Positions 36,240-47,356 of a DNA stretch of 64,000 bases are shown here, in pieces; the first letter of the stretch is position 1; each line of letters begins with the position of its first letter. This DNA comes from an uncultured Pseudomonadota bacterium. GTDB lineage: Bacteria; Desulfobacterota; Binatia; Binatales; Binataceae. The DNA lies in contig CAWGQB010000012.1 of the NCBI GenBank assembly GCA_963824565.1, forward strand, positions 4,465 to 68,464, given 5' to 3'. Position numbers and translations under genes: made by a program. The notes beneath the pieces are model-generated. The model did not search any database. It was not told the origin of the DNA and was given only the letters and a program-made list of their open reading frames with translations.

Positions 36240-37166
36240 ATGAATCCTTTGAAAACGCTTCGTGAGATCGATTCTGAAAGGCTTGGCAGACTTAAAATCT
36301 TCTCGTGGCTCACCCCTGCCGAGGTGAAGCTCCTCGGCGCTTCGCTGGAAATGTTGACTTACAAACCAGAGGAGGTCATCTCTCTTGAACCCACGCTCGC
36401 GAATCAAGCTCACGTTTTAGTGGCTGGCATCGCCCGGATCACCTGCCTCAACGCCAACAATGAACGCGTCACCGTCGCCCTGATTGCTCCGGGCCCAATT
36501 CCTGAGTTGCCGTTGCCGCCAATGAGCCGTTTTGATTTCCGCGCCGAAGCCTACAATAACTGCAGAGTCGGCACTTTGGATTGGAAGGGTTTCGAGGGCA
36601 TCACTTTGAACGGCCGCGAGACGGCATTCAGGAAATTCCATCAGAGTGATCTAAAGCACTGGTATCGGTTGCTGCGGCGCACCTCCGGCTTGCTCAACCT
36701 CGCACTCCACGAACGTGTTGCGATCACGATGCTCGATCTATGTGACGACTTTGGCATCGAAGATTCGCGCGGCACGCTGCTGACGGTTTCCTTCAGCCAC
36801 AAGGACATCGCCAGCATTGCCGGTGCCTCGCGGCCCAGAGTGACCGAACATCTGCGCCAGCTCGAGCGCGACCATCTGCTGTCTCGGCAAGGACGGCAGT
36901 TCATTGTCAGCGCCGGAAAGCTTTCGAGTTCTTTAGCCACACGCCATTCCGGTATCGACCTTGAGCCGGCGCGCGAGAGCAGGCCGCTAACCAAAGCTAC
37001 TCAACCACGCGAACCCTCACCGCAGTCTCTCCCCGGGCGGGAGGAAGCTTCGGAAAAGGCAAGCGGGCCTCACGCAGGTCATTTTCAAAGTAGCAACGCA
37101 CTATCTTCGTACGTTGAACTTCCGCCTCTGTCAGCCCCGACTCCTATTTCACCGCATGTTCGCTAA
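36240..37166 (+). CDS. Crp/Fnr-family transcriptional regulator (paralog of 30008)
   Basis: LKIFSWLT, GIARITCLN, ERVAITMLDL, HTH IAGASRPRVTEHL; low-complexity C-terminal tail. Confidence 0.88.
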   Translation: MNPLKTLREIDSERLGRLKIFSWLTPAEVKLLGASLEMLTYKPEEVISLEPTLANQAHVLVAGIARITCLNANNERVTVALIAPGPIPELPLPPMSRFDFRAEAYNNCRVGTLDWKGFEGITLNGRETAFRKFHQSDLKHWYRLLRRTSGLLNLALHERVAITMLDLCDDFGIEDSRGTLLTVSFSHKDIASIAGASRPRVTEHLRQLERDHLLSRQGRQFIVSAGKLSSSLATRHSGIDLEPARESRPLTKATQPREPSPQSLPGREEASEKASGPHAGHFQSSNALSSYVELPPLSAPTPISPHVR

Positions 37167-37654
37167 AGCCGGGCAGACGCCGCTCCGTCCTAAATGACCG
37201 CTCAGGCTCGCGCCTCTTCTCTTCCGGCATGAGTGCTCCACAAATGCAGTACCTGTTTTGCACCGGGTTGCTTTTTTCGCGCCGGTCAGGACCGGCAAAG
37301 AAGCCGAGTATTCGGGACAATGCTTTTTTCATTAGGCTGTTATTGCTTCCCCCAAAATTATTCGTTTTGTCGCAAGATACAGCCAAGCCCACAACCGAAT
37401 CTCCTCAAACCCGCTCTTGCTGATAATCAGTTTAAACTGAGTAGTAATACAATGCCATCGAGACAAATAGCGGGTGGTTATCGCAGGAACACATAACGCC
37501 GATTCAGGAGTCACCACCGATTATATTCTGGAATTCCACTAACCTCAAAGCGGGAATAATGCGAAACGCTCAATAATGCTTTTTTCTGATCAAGGACTGT
37601 CGATAAATCGTTTGTGGTTTGCCATGCAGCGACATTCTCATGCAGAGGCTTGGA

Positions 37655-37803
37655 TTTGTGCCTCTCCTTTTATGGTAAGGGAGAGGGAAGGATGAGGGGT
37701 TTTCGGGAACTCGGGCTGACAAACGTTAGGCAATACTCAGAAAAAAGACGGGCACCCTTCGCCCTGCCCTCTCCCATAGAAAAATGGGAGAGGGCACAGA
37801 AAA
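37655..37803. repeat. REPIN/BIME-like element: two inverted REPs plus linker, uninterrupted copy
   Basis: TTTGTGCCTCTCC..GGGAGAGGGAAGGATGAGGGG, linker GTTAGGCAATACTCAGAAAAAA, then CACCCTTCGCCCTGCCCTCTCCC..GGGAGAGGGCACAGAAAA. Linker is homologous to 55026-55047. Confidence 0.85.
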
Positions 37804-37863
37804 ATGGAGTCTTCGCCATGCTCTTACTCGCGAGCGTGGCCTACGATGCCTCTCTTCCAACCG

Positions 37864-39051
37864 CTATGCCGTGGCGCCGGCGGGAGCGCCATGACTGATG
37901 GTGGCGCGCTTGTTGAAATGCGGAATCACATACTTGCCGAATAGCCGAATCGACTCCATCGTCGCCTCGTGGGGCACCCGGCCCATCTCCATGAAACACA
38001 GCATCAAGTCGACGCCCAAAGCCTCGAAGCCCTCCAGCACCTTGATACAGTTGTCAGGATTGCCGGCGCACAGCAGACCCATGTTGACAAGGTTCTTGGG
38101 CTTCATCGCCTCCTGGGCGGTCTTCTCGTCGGCGTCGACACCGAAGAGCAGCGCCTCGGGTGCCTTGACCGCGGCGTACTTGTAGCTTTCCACGTTGGCG
38201 AACACTTCATGGCGCTGGCGCTCGAAGATATTCATCCAGTAAGGACTCTGGCCGCGCAGCACGCCCATGTACCAAGCCATGCCCTCGCCCGCCATCTCGA
38301 CAATCTCGTCGTTGCGCTCGCCGCATAGTGTCATCAGGAAGACCGCAATCTGATTGTTGACTTTGGCCACCACCTGGCGGGCAGGATTCGCAATCATCCG
38401 CCGGTAGTTACGGATGCGCTCGGCCAGAGTCTCGGCCTTGGCGATATTGAAGGACAACACTCCAAGGCCGTGCTCAGCCGCGATATAGAAACTCTCCGGC
38501 GAAGAGCAGGCCATCCAGAACGGCGGATGGGGTTTTTGAAGCGGCTTGGGCAAAACGTTGCGATTTTCACCGACGGAGAAGTACTTGCCCCGATAGCCGG
38601 GAAATCGATCGGTGGCCATGAGCTGGGGAATGACTTCGAGCGCCTCCTCCATCATCGGACGCGTATCGTTGGGATCGATCGCAAAGCCGCCCATCTCGGT
38701 CAGCGTCACCGAACGCGCAAAGCCAACATCGAGCCGTCCACCGCTTAGGATATCAAGCGTGGAGATCCGCTCCGCCACGCGGATCGGATGATTGTAGGGC
38801 TGGGGCAGCAAAATCGCGCCATGTCCGAAGCGGATCCGCTTGGTGCGCTGGCTGGCCGCGGCAAAGACCAGTTCCGGAGACGAGCAGTGCGACAACTCTT
38901 CAAGCCCATGATGCTCAACCGCGAAGACGTGGGAAAACCCGGCCTCGTCGGCCAGTTGGATCTGGTCCAGGACCTGGCGGAATTTCTCGGCCTCCTGGCC
39001 CTCGTGCCACGGCTTAGGCATCTCGATTTCATACATCAATCCGATTTTCAT
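37864..39051 (-). CDS. LLM-class (luciferase-like) flavin-dependent oxidoreductase
   Basis: LADEAGFSHVFAVEHH, TKRIRFGHG, HPIRVAERISTLDILSGGRLDVGFAR, PKPLQKPHPP. Confidence 0.92.
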   Translation of the reverse strand: MKIGLMYEIEMPKPWHEGQEAEKFRQVLDQIQLADEAGFSHVFAVEHHGLEELSHCSSPELVFAAASQRTKRIRFGHGAILLPQPYNHPIRVAERISTLDILSGGRLDVGFARSVTLTEMGGFAIDPNDTRPMMEEALEVIPQLMATDRFPGYRGKYFSVGENRNVLPKPLQKPHPPFWMACSSPESFYIAAEHGLGVLSFNIAKAETLAERIRNYRRMIANPARQVVAKVNNQIAVFLMTLCGERNDEIVEMAGEGMAWYMGVLRGQSPYWMNIFERQRHEVFANVESYKYAAVKAPEALLFGVDADEKTAQEAMKPKNLVNMGLLCAGNPDNCIKVLEGFEALGVDLMLCFMEMGRVPHEATMESIRLFGKYVIPHFNKRATISHGAPAGATA

Positions 39052-39286
39052 GCGACTGTCCTTCTCCTGCTCCAGTGCGTGGAATTTCCGCTGCCGGTCA
39101 TTTCTCTGATACTGTTTTAGCTTCCTTAACCCGCCCGCGCCAGCAGGTCAAACCATGCCCACTTCTCACTCAGTCGAAGCGTCGCTGGCAAAACGCCTGC
39201 AGCAATGCTTGAAGTGTAACAGGCTCCTGCACCCTGCCCTCTTCCAAGGCCGGATGCCGGAGGGGATTTAAGAAGGAAGACGCCAC

Positions 39287-40244
39287 ATGAAGTTACCAGA
39301 CTACGATGAACTGCCGATTCGCAAAGGGGCGCCCGCAGGGTCGGCCTGGGGCGTGTTCGGCGACGATGACGAACTCGGCACGCTCAATCTGCTGACACCG
39401 CAGCGCGTGCGCGAGGCGTCGGCGGAGATTCGCTCGGGCCGATGCTTCTCGCTGGACCTGCCGCTTAATCTCCCGGACCCGCCCATTGTACCCCGCACCC
39501 CCTACAAGCTTACGGTCAATGGAATGCCCGGTTACAGCGACCTGCTCGACGACACCATAGACAACCTTAATACGCAATCTTCGTCGCAATGGGATTCACT
39601 GGCGCACTTCAAGCATCCGCAGTTTGGTCCCTACAACGGATTCGCGGAAAAGCGAGATCGCCGGGCGCGGCGGCAGCCGGCTGGGTATCGACCGTATCGC
39701 CAACAAAGTCGTTGCGGGACGCGGCGTTTTACTCGACATCGGACGTTACTACCACAGACACAAAATCGCCTTTGACTATTCCCGAGCCACGGTAGTGCCG
39801 CTGGCCGATCTTCAGGCCGCCGCGGCCGAGCAACGGACGGATATTAAGACCGGGGACATCCTGCTGATTCGGCTGGGTTGGCTCGCGTATTATCTCTCAT
39901 CAGATCCCGAGGTACGGCGCGGATACGGACAAAGAGCGAGGCTTCCCGGAATCGAGACCAGCGAGGACATGGCGCGATGGCTGTGGAACCTGCATATCGC
40001 TGCGGTCGCGACCGATACTCCCGCGCTGGAAGCGACGCCAAAGTATGGCGCCGAGCGCGAGCGGGAGACCCTCCATACTCACTTGCTGGTTTACTTCGGG
40101 ATGCCGATCGGCGAGTTGTGGGACCTGGAAGAGTTGTCCACGGCTTGCGCCGCGGACAATCGCTACAGCTTCTTTCTAAGCTCGGCTCCGCTGAAACTCC
40201 CGGGCGCGGTAGGCTCGCCGCCCAACGCGGTCGCGATCAGGTAG
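39287..40244 (+). CDS. Cyclase (kynurenine formamidase-like) family protein, frameshift near 39650
   Basis: DDELGTLNLLTP, SSQWDSLAH, GRGVLLD, GDILLIRLGW, GELWDLEEL, GAVGSPPN. Confidence 0.85.
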
Positions 40245-40354
40245 CCAACTACCATGAACGAGTAGCGCTTGAGACTTCGACTGAACCATCTGACGCGTTT
40301 GACTAAGGCGTCGATCCCCGCTTATGCGCCAAGTCCACGCTACACGAGCCTGGC

Positions 40355-40717
40355 TTACGGCGAAGACTCCTGATGACTCAAATCCCACCGATGCTTGTCC
40401 TGGTTCCAATACAAAAGATAGGTTTCAGAGGGCATCAAGCGATAGCTCACTTCATTCCCCTCTGTGATCATTGAAAATTCGAAATATGGAGTTTTGCAGT
40501 GATCGCAGGCGAGCATAGTCGATTTGCCTGAAGCCACGGAATAGGTAAGCCACTTGCCGTCGGCTGGTCGAAGCGCAAAGTTCAGGTCTTGATCGCCCTT
40601 ATTGATCAGGACCACGGAACTGCTGGTGCCAGATGGTGGCTCCGGGCCTTCCGCGTGCACTGGCGGACCAAGCCAGGTCAACATGACAAAAACCAGGAGA
40701 GCAACAATCCGTTTCAC
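40355..40717 (-). CDS. Secreted hypothetical protein with CxxC
   Basis: Signal peptide ending PVHA; beta-rich body; CDHC. Confidence 0.7.
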   Translation of the reverse strand: MKRIVALLVFVMLTWLGPPVHAEGPEPPSGTSSSVVLINKGDQDLNFALRPADGKWLTYSVASGKSTMLACDHCKTPYFEFSMITEGNEVSYRLMPSETYLLYWNQDKHRWDLSHQESSP

Positions 40718-40914
40718 ATTCGTCTCAGCCTAATCTGAATTCGGTTCACGCCAACCACGAGCATACTGGTTGCAAACACATGCCGGAAGATGTCGCGGCT
40801 CATGCGCCCTGCGAACCGGCGCCGGCTCGCCGGCAGACACGCGCCGCGCCATGATATTCTTCACAATGTGCAACGCATCTACCGAAGCGGACGGCGCTCA
40901 GGGATAATCAACGG

Positions 40915-41160
40915 ATGAAACACGTGCATGCGGACATCGTGAGCCATTCGACGAATAACTTTCCCACGAGAACAGGCCAGGATTTTCTGGAGTTTCTGAA
41001 AGCCCATGCAGCCGGCGATCCGGCTCACCTCTTGGGCTCGCCGCGGGAAAAGTACCTGGCAGCCATCTGTCTGCGCTCACATCCGTCGAGGCGCCGAAGC
41101 CGCCGCCTTCCAGCTTCGCCAGGGAGACCTACTTTGGCCTGATCGCGATGCACCGGCGCT
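40915..41160 (+). pseudogene. Internal fragment of a catalase-related peroxidase (SrpA-like)
   Basis: HVHADIVSHSTNNFPTRTGQDFLEFLKA, then in another frame EAPKPPPSSFARETYFG; no N- or C-terminal parts nearby. Confidence 0.6.
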
Positions 41161-41212
41161 CGGCTCGGGACTAAGTCGGTGTGGTTCAAAAGGAATAAGT
41201 GCGGAGGGGTGC

Positions 41213-42742
41213 GTGAAGCAGTTTGACGAGATTGTCGTGGGCGCGGGGTCGGCCGGTGCGGTGATTGCCGCGAGGCTGAGCGAGGTGGCGGACCGCCGGG
41301 TGTTGCTGCTGGAGGCCGGACCCGATTATCCGAGCATGGAAGAACTACCCGGAGATCTTCGCGATCCCTGGATTTCACTGGTGGCGCATGATTGGGGTTT
41401 TTCCGCGACCGCTACTGCCGGGCATGAGTTTCCTTATCCGCGGGGCAAGGTCACGGGCGGCTCCTCGGCGGTAAACAACGCGGCCGCGACCCGCGGGACG
41501 CCGCCGGACTTTGAGCGATGGGTTGAATTGGGCAACGCGGGTTGGAGCTTCAGCGAGGTTCTTCCTTATTATCGAAAGCTCGAATGCGACGCGGACCGCG
41601 ACGGCGACTTTCATGGCCGCGGCGGCCCGATTTGGATTGAGCGTCCGCAACGTCTGCAGCCCGTAAGCCGTGCATTCATTGACGCGGCCCGCGGGATCGG
41701 ATGCGCCGAGGTTGGAGACCTCAACGATCCGGGAGCGATCGGTGCGGGCGCCGTGCCCCACAATATTCGTGACGGGATCCGGATTTCGACCGCATTGGCA
41801 TATCTGCTCCCGGCGCGCCCCCGGCCTAACCTCACCGTGCGCAGCGGTTGCCTGATCAACCGAGTGCTGATCGAGCGAAATCGCGCGGTCGGATGGAGGT
41901 GGACACCGGCGCGGGCACCGAACAGTTTTTGGGCCGGCGGGTGACGATTTGCGCGGGGGCGATTGGTACCCCGGCGATCATGATGCGCTCGGGAATCGGC
42001 GCTCGCGCCGCGCTCGAACGCATCGCGATTCCGGTTGTCGTCGATTCGCCCGGAGTGGGTGCCAACCTGATCGACCATCCCGTAATCATGGTGGTCGCGC
42101 GCGCCAAGGCCGCGGTCCGATCACGATCCCGCGGTCTTTTGGGAAGTCACCTTGCGTGGCAACGCGGGCGGTTCGGCCCGGCCGCACGAAATGATGTTTC
42201 CTTTCCTCAGCGCTTACGGCGAGAAAATTTTGCGTGACTACTTCGGTGCGCCGGACTATCCGGTAGTCGCGCTATGCCCGGCGCTGCAGCAACCTCGCTC
42301 ACGCGGCGCAATCACCCTGACCAGCGCCGACCCGCGGCAAGCTCCGACGATTAATCTCAACATGTTCAGCCATCCCGACGATATACGTATCGTATCGGAG
42401 GGGATGCATATCGCGCGCTCGCTTTTGCTGCGCCCCGAATTGTCCGCTTACATCGATCGGATCGAGACTCCCGATGAACCGACCTTCAGCTCACCGCAGC
42501 GCCTGGCGGATTATATTCGGGCCAACTGCTATACCGGCTATCATCCCGTGGGCACATGCAAAATGGGGCCTGGCAGCGATCCGGAAGCCGTAGTCGATCA
42601 GCACGGGCGCGTCCGCGGCGTGGGGCAATTGCGTATCGCCGACGCCTCGATAATGCCCAACATCGTCAGCGCGCCGACCAACCTGACCTGCATCATGATC
42701 GGCGAGCGCATCGCGGATTGGATGCGCGAGGAAGCGGACTAA
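41213..42742 (+). CDS. GMC oxidoreductase (choline dehydrogenase-like), 2 frameshifts
   Basis: GAGSAG, LLEAG, RGKVTGGSSAVN, GVGANLIDH, YHPVGTCKMG, ADASIMP..APTN. Confidence 0.9.
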
Positions 42743-42825
42743 GGCGATTGCGCGTCCACTATGCGATAACCGCGCTCATCAGCTAGCGGATCGATCGACT
42801 CTAGATGTCGGCGAGACCTCGGCAT

Positions 42826-43517
42826 CTAAATGCGGTCACTTCTCACTGATGCCTGGCCTGGTTCCTCGCGAGCCGAGCCGCTCCAGGCGATTTTGCAACC
42901 CTGCAGTCTCCGGCCATGAATGCGCAGTGGAGGGCAGAGCGCCCGCCACTGCGCCTCGTAGTTTGTCCCTCGACTAATCGCCCCGCCGCTCGAATTTGAT
43001 CCGTTGGTCTGCGCCCATCCTTCCTTGTGAGGAACGAAAAAGTGGGGGATCAGGTGGATGCGGCTGAATCGCCATCCTTCCCTGGTCCGGGCATATTCGT
43101 CGCTGTACCTTGCGGATACCGGGTGCGCTTCGCCGTCGACAATCGGCCTGCCTTCGAAATAACTGAACCCCGTCGCACGGTCGCCGTTAACCTCTACGAC
43201 ATGGTTGTGGATATACTGTATGACGAAGGAAAAATTGGGCCGGCCGGATCCCGGGGGTGCCGACGAAGGGGCAAAGTTGTTGAAGAATGCCCGCAACTCC
43301 TCCCGGCTCTTTGCCCGGCCGAAGTGGCCGAACTCCGTTCGCCGTCTTCGGTAAACAGGTCCGCAATGTCGGCGAATTGTCCTTCGTTGATGTACTCATG
43401 ATAGCGGTAACGAAGGTCGCGAAGGGCTTCGCGGTCGCCCAGTTCCTGCACTTTGCTTTCCAGTAAGCGCACTCGCGCTTCCAAATCGGTGGCGATAGCT
43501 TTATCCCCCGCTCGCAT
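42826..43517 (-). CDS. SnoaL/NTF2-like fold protein, frameshift near 43330
   Basis: DREALRDLRYRYH..IN, ADLFTEDG, HNHVVEVNGDRATG, RYSDEYART..GWRF. Confidence 0.75.
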
Positions 43518-43883
43518 ATGCGCGCCAAAATAGCACAAATCCTTTGGTTGTGTACTCGCACATGATAATTTAAAACTATCTGTTTGTTATAGCGGCAAGG
43601 TCCTGCGCTGGACGTTCGCCCGTGTTTTTGTCGAAGGTCAGGGGCGAGCCGTCTCTCAATGGAATTCGCGAACCGCTGCCATCTACTAGAAGTGTGTTAA
43701 TCGTGCTGATTGATCTTGTCGCTTTTCTGATCTATTTATCAAAGGTAGGAGAATTTCTTTAAAAATCCGTGAAGGTTCAGGGCTGGATTGAGGGCAGTTG
43801 GTGCTGCTGCGACGCGGAGGCCGGAAATCAATGCAACGTCTTTATGATCTTTGCACTTCCGAACCAGCGTGGGTCGTGAAAGC

Positions 43884-44636
43884 ATGATCTCGCTCTTCCA
43901 GGTTTGTTGGCGCGCGACAATCACTGCATTCGCTTGGCTATTGACGGGAATATTTATATCGGTTTCCGGAGTTTTCGCTTCCGTGGGAGATATCCGCCGG
44001 TTTGATTGGACCTGCCGGACCTGGTCTCGTAGCGTACTCCGCATCGCCGGCGCCCGGATCGAGTTCGAGGGACTCAACAACATCCAGCATCTCTCCTCTT
44101 TTGTCCTCGTTTCAAACCATCAGAGTCAGTTCGACATTCTGGCGATCCTTGGTTACTTTCCTCGTCCGGTTCGATTCGTGGCCAAGAAGGAATTGAATCG
44201 GGTCCCGGTTTTCGGCGCCGCGATGCGCAACGGCGGGCATATCGTGGTCGATCGCGAGCGAGGCGGCCGGGCAGTGCGAAAGGCGATGGAGGTTCTTAAG
44301 GAGGGATATAGTGTCGTGTTCTTCGCCGAAGGACATCGCTTCAAGGATGGCCGGGTTCATCCCTTCAATCCCGGGGCGGCATGGCTGGCCTTGCTGACGA
44401 AAATGCCGTGTGTGCCGATGGCGATAGAAGGCACCATCAACCTGATGCCGAACGATTCCGGACTGTTCATGCGAGGCCAGACCGTCCGAGTCAGTATTGG
44501 CCCGCCGATTCCAACATCAAACCTCCAGGCGAGCGACCGCAAACAGCTGACCCGACAGCTTGAAGAGGCTGTCCGCGATTTGCTTCCAGGAGAACGCGAC
44601 CACGACGATGCTGAATTAGTCGGTATCGCACCTTGA
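43884..44636 (+). CDS. 1-acyl-sn-glycerol-3-phosphate acyltransferase (PlsC-like)
   Basis: NHQSQFD (HX4D), FVAKKEL..VPVFG, FAEGHR. Confidence 0.88.
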   Translation: MISLFQVCWRATITAFAWLLTGIFISVSGVFASVGDIRRFDWTCRTWSRSVLRIAGARIEFEGLNNIQHLSSFVLVSNHQSQFDILAILGYFPRPVRFVAKKELNRVPVFGAAMRNGGHIVVDRERGGRAVRKAMEVLKEGYSVVFFAEGHRFKDGRVHPFNPGAAWLALLTKMPCVPMAIEGTINLMPNDSGLFMRGQTVRVSIGPPIPTSNLQASDRKQLTRQLEEAVRDLLPGERDHDDAELVGIAP

Positions 44637-44790
44637 CGCCGCCCTTTGGGTGGCGCTCCTTGCGAAAGCAAACTCACACGCTCACCACTGTGGTGAACGC
44701 TAACGTCCGTGGCAACAACCCGCCTGCCATCGTAAACGGTTCAGATGGAAACGTGATATACGGGTGGTCAAAGGACCGGGGTTAAAAGCC

Positions 44791-46059
44791 ATGGCAATTG
44801 AAAAACTCGTCGATGATCCGATACAGGCGCGGTTCGAAGCCAGCCTGATGAATGTATGGCTCTCATCGGAAGTACAGGCGGAAGTCGAGCGCTGCCGCAA
44901 GCTGTTCTTCGAGCATCCGCTGAGCAAATTGCCGGAGGCGGAGGCGACGGTGGAACGTTCGCTCGGAGAGACTACGCGTTCCGCCGTGGATTGGGTTGTC
45001 ATCGGCGACCCTTTTCGCCCTGCGACCGTCTGGCTGCAAACGCCGCCGCACCGATGGTTTGGCGTCGATTTCAAGGGTGACAGGTGGGGAATCGACAACC
45101 CCGACAACCTTTATGCGTATGCCTGCATCGACAATCGCTCCCAATACGTTGTGCATGGCAGGATGCGCGAGCCTGCGCTTTCGGAATTCACCTTGACGGT
45201 GATGGAACGCGGGGGGCCCTATCCGGACGCTTTCCCGCACAGTGCGTGCTGCCTCACCGCGGACCAAATCGAGACTCAAGCTGACGGTTCATTCATCGTA
45301 GCCGTGGACTCTGAGCCGGCCAACGGGCGTACCAATCACATGCGGAGCACCCCGGGCACGGTCGGACTGTTACAGCGCTACAGTTTTGGTGATTGGAACC
45401 GTGAGATGATACCGCATTTGACGGTCGAACGGGTCCGAGGTCCGGCAATGCCCGAACCGGCGAAGGATGAGTTGGTGAAGCGAGCGGTCGAAAAGCTGCG
45501 GAGCTTCTTTCCCGCAATGATGGATTTTCTGTTCAAGGCGTCGTATTGCAAGGACGCCAACCAGATGGGGACCGCATCCCCGACTCCCGGCGGATTGCTG
45601 ACCCAGATGACCAGCTTCGGTCATTTCCATATCCAGGACGACGAGGCGCTGATCCTGAGGATCGATCCGGTTGGCGCGAAATATCTTGGGTTCCAGATTT
45701 ATGACCATTGGGGCATCGGAATGGAATACGTCTCTGCGACCGGCAGCCTGAATCATGCGCAGGCCGCGCTTGACAACGACGGCAACTACCGTCTGGTTGT
45801 TTCGCCAACCGATCCAGGTGTGCAGAACTGGGTCGATACGGAAAAGCAGCACGCAGGCGGAATGTTGGTACGATGGCAGTCGCTGCCCTTCGAGCCGAAA
45901 CAGGAAGAAGGCATAATTGACAGCAAACTGGTCAAGCTGACGCGCTTGATGGATGAATTACCGCCGCAGACGCGCAGGTTCAGCACCGAGGATCGCCGCC
46001 GCCAAATTCAGGAGCGCGAACAAGGGTACGCGCGCCGCATCGGCATGTTGCGCAGCTAG
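44791..46059 (+). CDS. DUF1214-like protein (often next to sulfotransferases)
   Basis: GIDNPDNLY, FIVAVD, YSFGDW, DGNYRLVVSPTDPGVQNWVDT, LVRWQ; family call from recalled motifs. Confidence 0.65.
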   Translation: MAIEKLVDDPIQARFEASLMNVWLSSEVQAEVERCRKLFFEHPLSKLPEAEATVERSLGETTRSAVDWVVIGDPFRPATVWLQTPPHRWFGVDFKGDRWGIDNPDNLYAYACIDNRSQYVVHGRMREPALSEFTLTVMERGGPYPDAFPHSACCLTADQIETQADGSFIVAVDSEPANGRTNHMRSTPGTVGLLQRYSFGDWNREMIPHLTVERVRGPAMPEPAKDELVKRAVEKLRSFFPAMMDFLFKASYCKDANQMGTASPTPGGLLTQMTSFGHFHIQDDEALILRIDPVGAKYLGFQIYDHWGIGMEYVSATGSLNHAQAALDNDGNYRLVVSPTDPGVQNWVDTEKQHAGGMLVRWQSLPFEPKQEEGIIDSKLVKLTRLMDELPPQTRRFSTEDRRRQIQEREQGYARRIGMLRS

Positions 46060-46113
46060 CCAAGGACATGTTCGTCTCCCATTCAGACCGGTTCTCTCCG
46101 GTTCGCGGTATGC

Positions 46114-47250
46114 TTACAGGAGAGCGCTGAAGCGATCGGTGTAAAAGCGGTACTGTTCGCGCAGTGACACTAGGTCAAGCCCGAAATCCTCGGGCCGAAT
46201 CTGCTGCGCGCTTCGCAGATTGCTCTCCTGCCATCCGTGCATCCGGCCCCTGATATCGTCATTCATTTCCCATCCCAGCCAATGGTAGAGCTTGCGGATT
46301 TCGCCGATAGGGTCCGACATCAAAGCACGATGGGAAATGTCATAGCAGCGATTCTCACCGATCCGGTCGCGGAACTCGAGCATGCGGCGCAGGGCAACTG
46401 TCCATTCGTCGGCGGCCGCGGGTCCCATCCATCGTGGCATCGGATCCTCCAGAAAGTCGGCTCGAATCGCGCACAGCAGTTTGGATATCGAAGGGAGCAC
46501 TTTGGCGGGATCACGATGGGTCATAACGAATCGTGCGTCGGGATATATCTTGTTCAGTGCGTCGATGTAGAGCATGTGACTTGGAGTTTTGAGGTTCCAT
46601 CGCTTGGGCGGGCATCGCCATTGAAGTAGTTTCAGCACTCGTTTGTGGTAACGATAAGCCGGCTCCATATCGCAGGCCGGTGAGTTTACCCATTCGATAT
46701 AGGATGGGACATGGAGAAAGGCTTCGTAAGCGTGAAACTTGAAGCTCATGAACATGAGCGGAAAGCATTCGATGGGTCCGCTCGTCTCCTGGGGAAGCAT
46801 CTCGGCCAATTCGGGAGTCCGCTCCAGGTTCGCTTTGAGGTTGGCTTCAAACGCCGCTACTCGTGGATCGGTTAGTTCGGTGGTCTTTTCAGGGGGCGGA
46901 CAAGGGTTGGCGGCTTCCCAGTTTCTCAGTGTGCGCGTATTTGGATCCCTCGCCAGCATGTAGATGAGAGCGGTGGTTCCCGTTCGGGGCAGACCCACGC
47001 CGAACAGGGGCGCGACGATCTGCTCCTCCTCGATCTCCGGATGGACGCGATACCAATGCTCCACCTCGAGGCGGCTAACCAGAGAAGCAATCAGCATCTC
47101 GGGGAGCCCGGCCTTGCCAAGTTCGTTCAACCTGGTTTCCGCGTTGATCGAATGGACCAGCCGCTCCAGTCCTTCACAGAAAGAGTCCTCGCCGAAATCG
47201 TCAAGTCCCGTCCGCGAGCGTGCCGTATTGATGAGGTCCTCTACCTTCAT
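46114..47250 (-). CDS. Sulfotransferase (mycobacterial-type, Sulfotransfer_3)
   Basis: PAPS-binding GLPRTGTT, LKLLQW...W.LKTPSH, FVMTHRDP..VLPS. Confidence 0.9.
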   Translation of the reverse strand: MKVEDLINTARSRTGLDDFGEDSFCEGLERLVHSINAETRLNELGKAGLPEMLIASLVSRLEVEHWYRVHPEIEEEQIVAPLFGVGLPRTGTTALIYMLARDPNTRTLRNWEAANPCPPPEKTTELTDPRVAAFEANLKANLERTPELAEMLPQETSGPIECFPLMFMSFKFHAYEAFLHVPSYIEWVNSPACDMEPAYRYHKRVLKLLQWRCPPKRWNLKTPSHMLYIDALNKIYPDARFVMTHRDPAKVLPSISKLLCAIRADFLEDPMPRWMGPAAADEWTVALRRMLEFRDRIGENRCYDISHRALMSDPIGEIRKLYHWLGWEMNDDIRGRMHGWQESNLRSAQQIRPEDFGLDLVSLREQYRFYTDRFSALL

Positions 47251-47356
47251 GTCGCTCTCCTGCGGTGGTCCGCTCGAAGATTGGTGCCTATCGCATCGTA
47301 CGCCGGAGCCGGCGATACGAGCCGATTTAGGAACGTTACAGTTAGGACGCGCGTGC

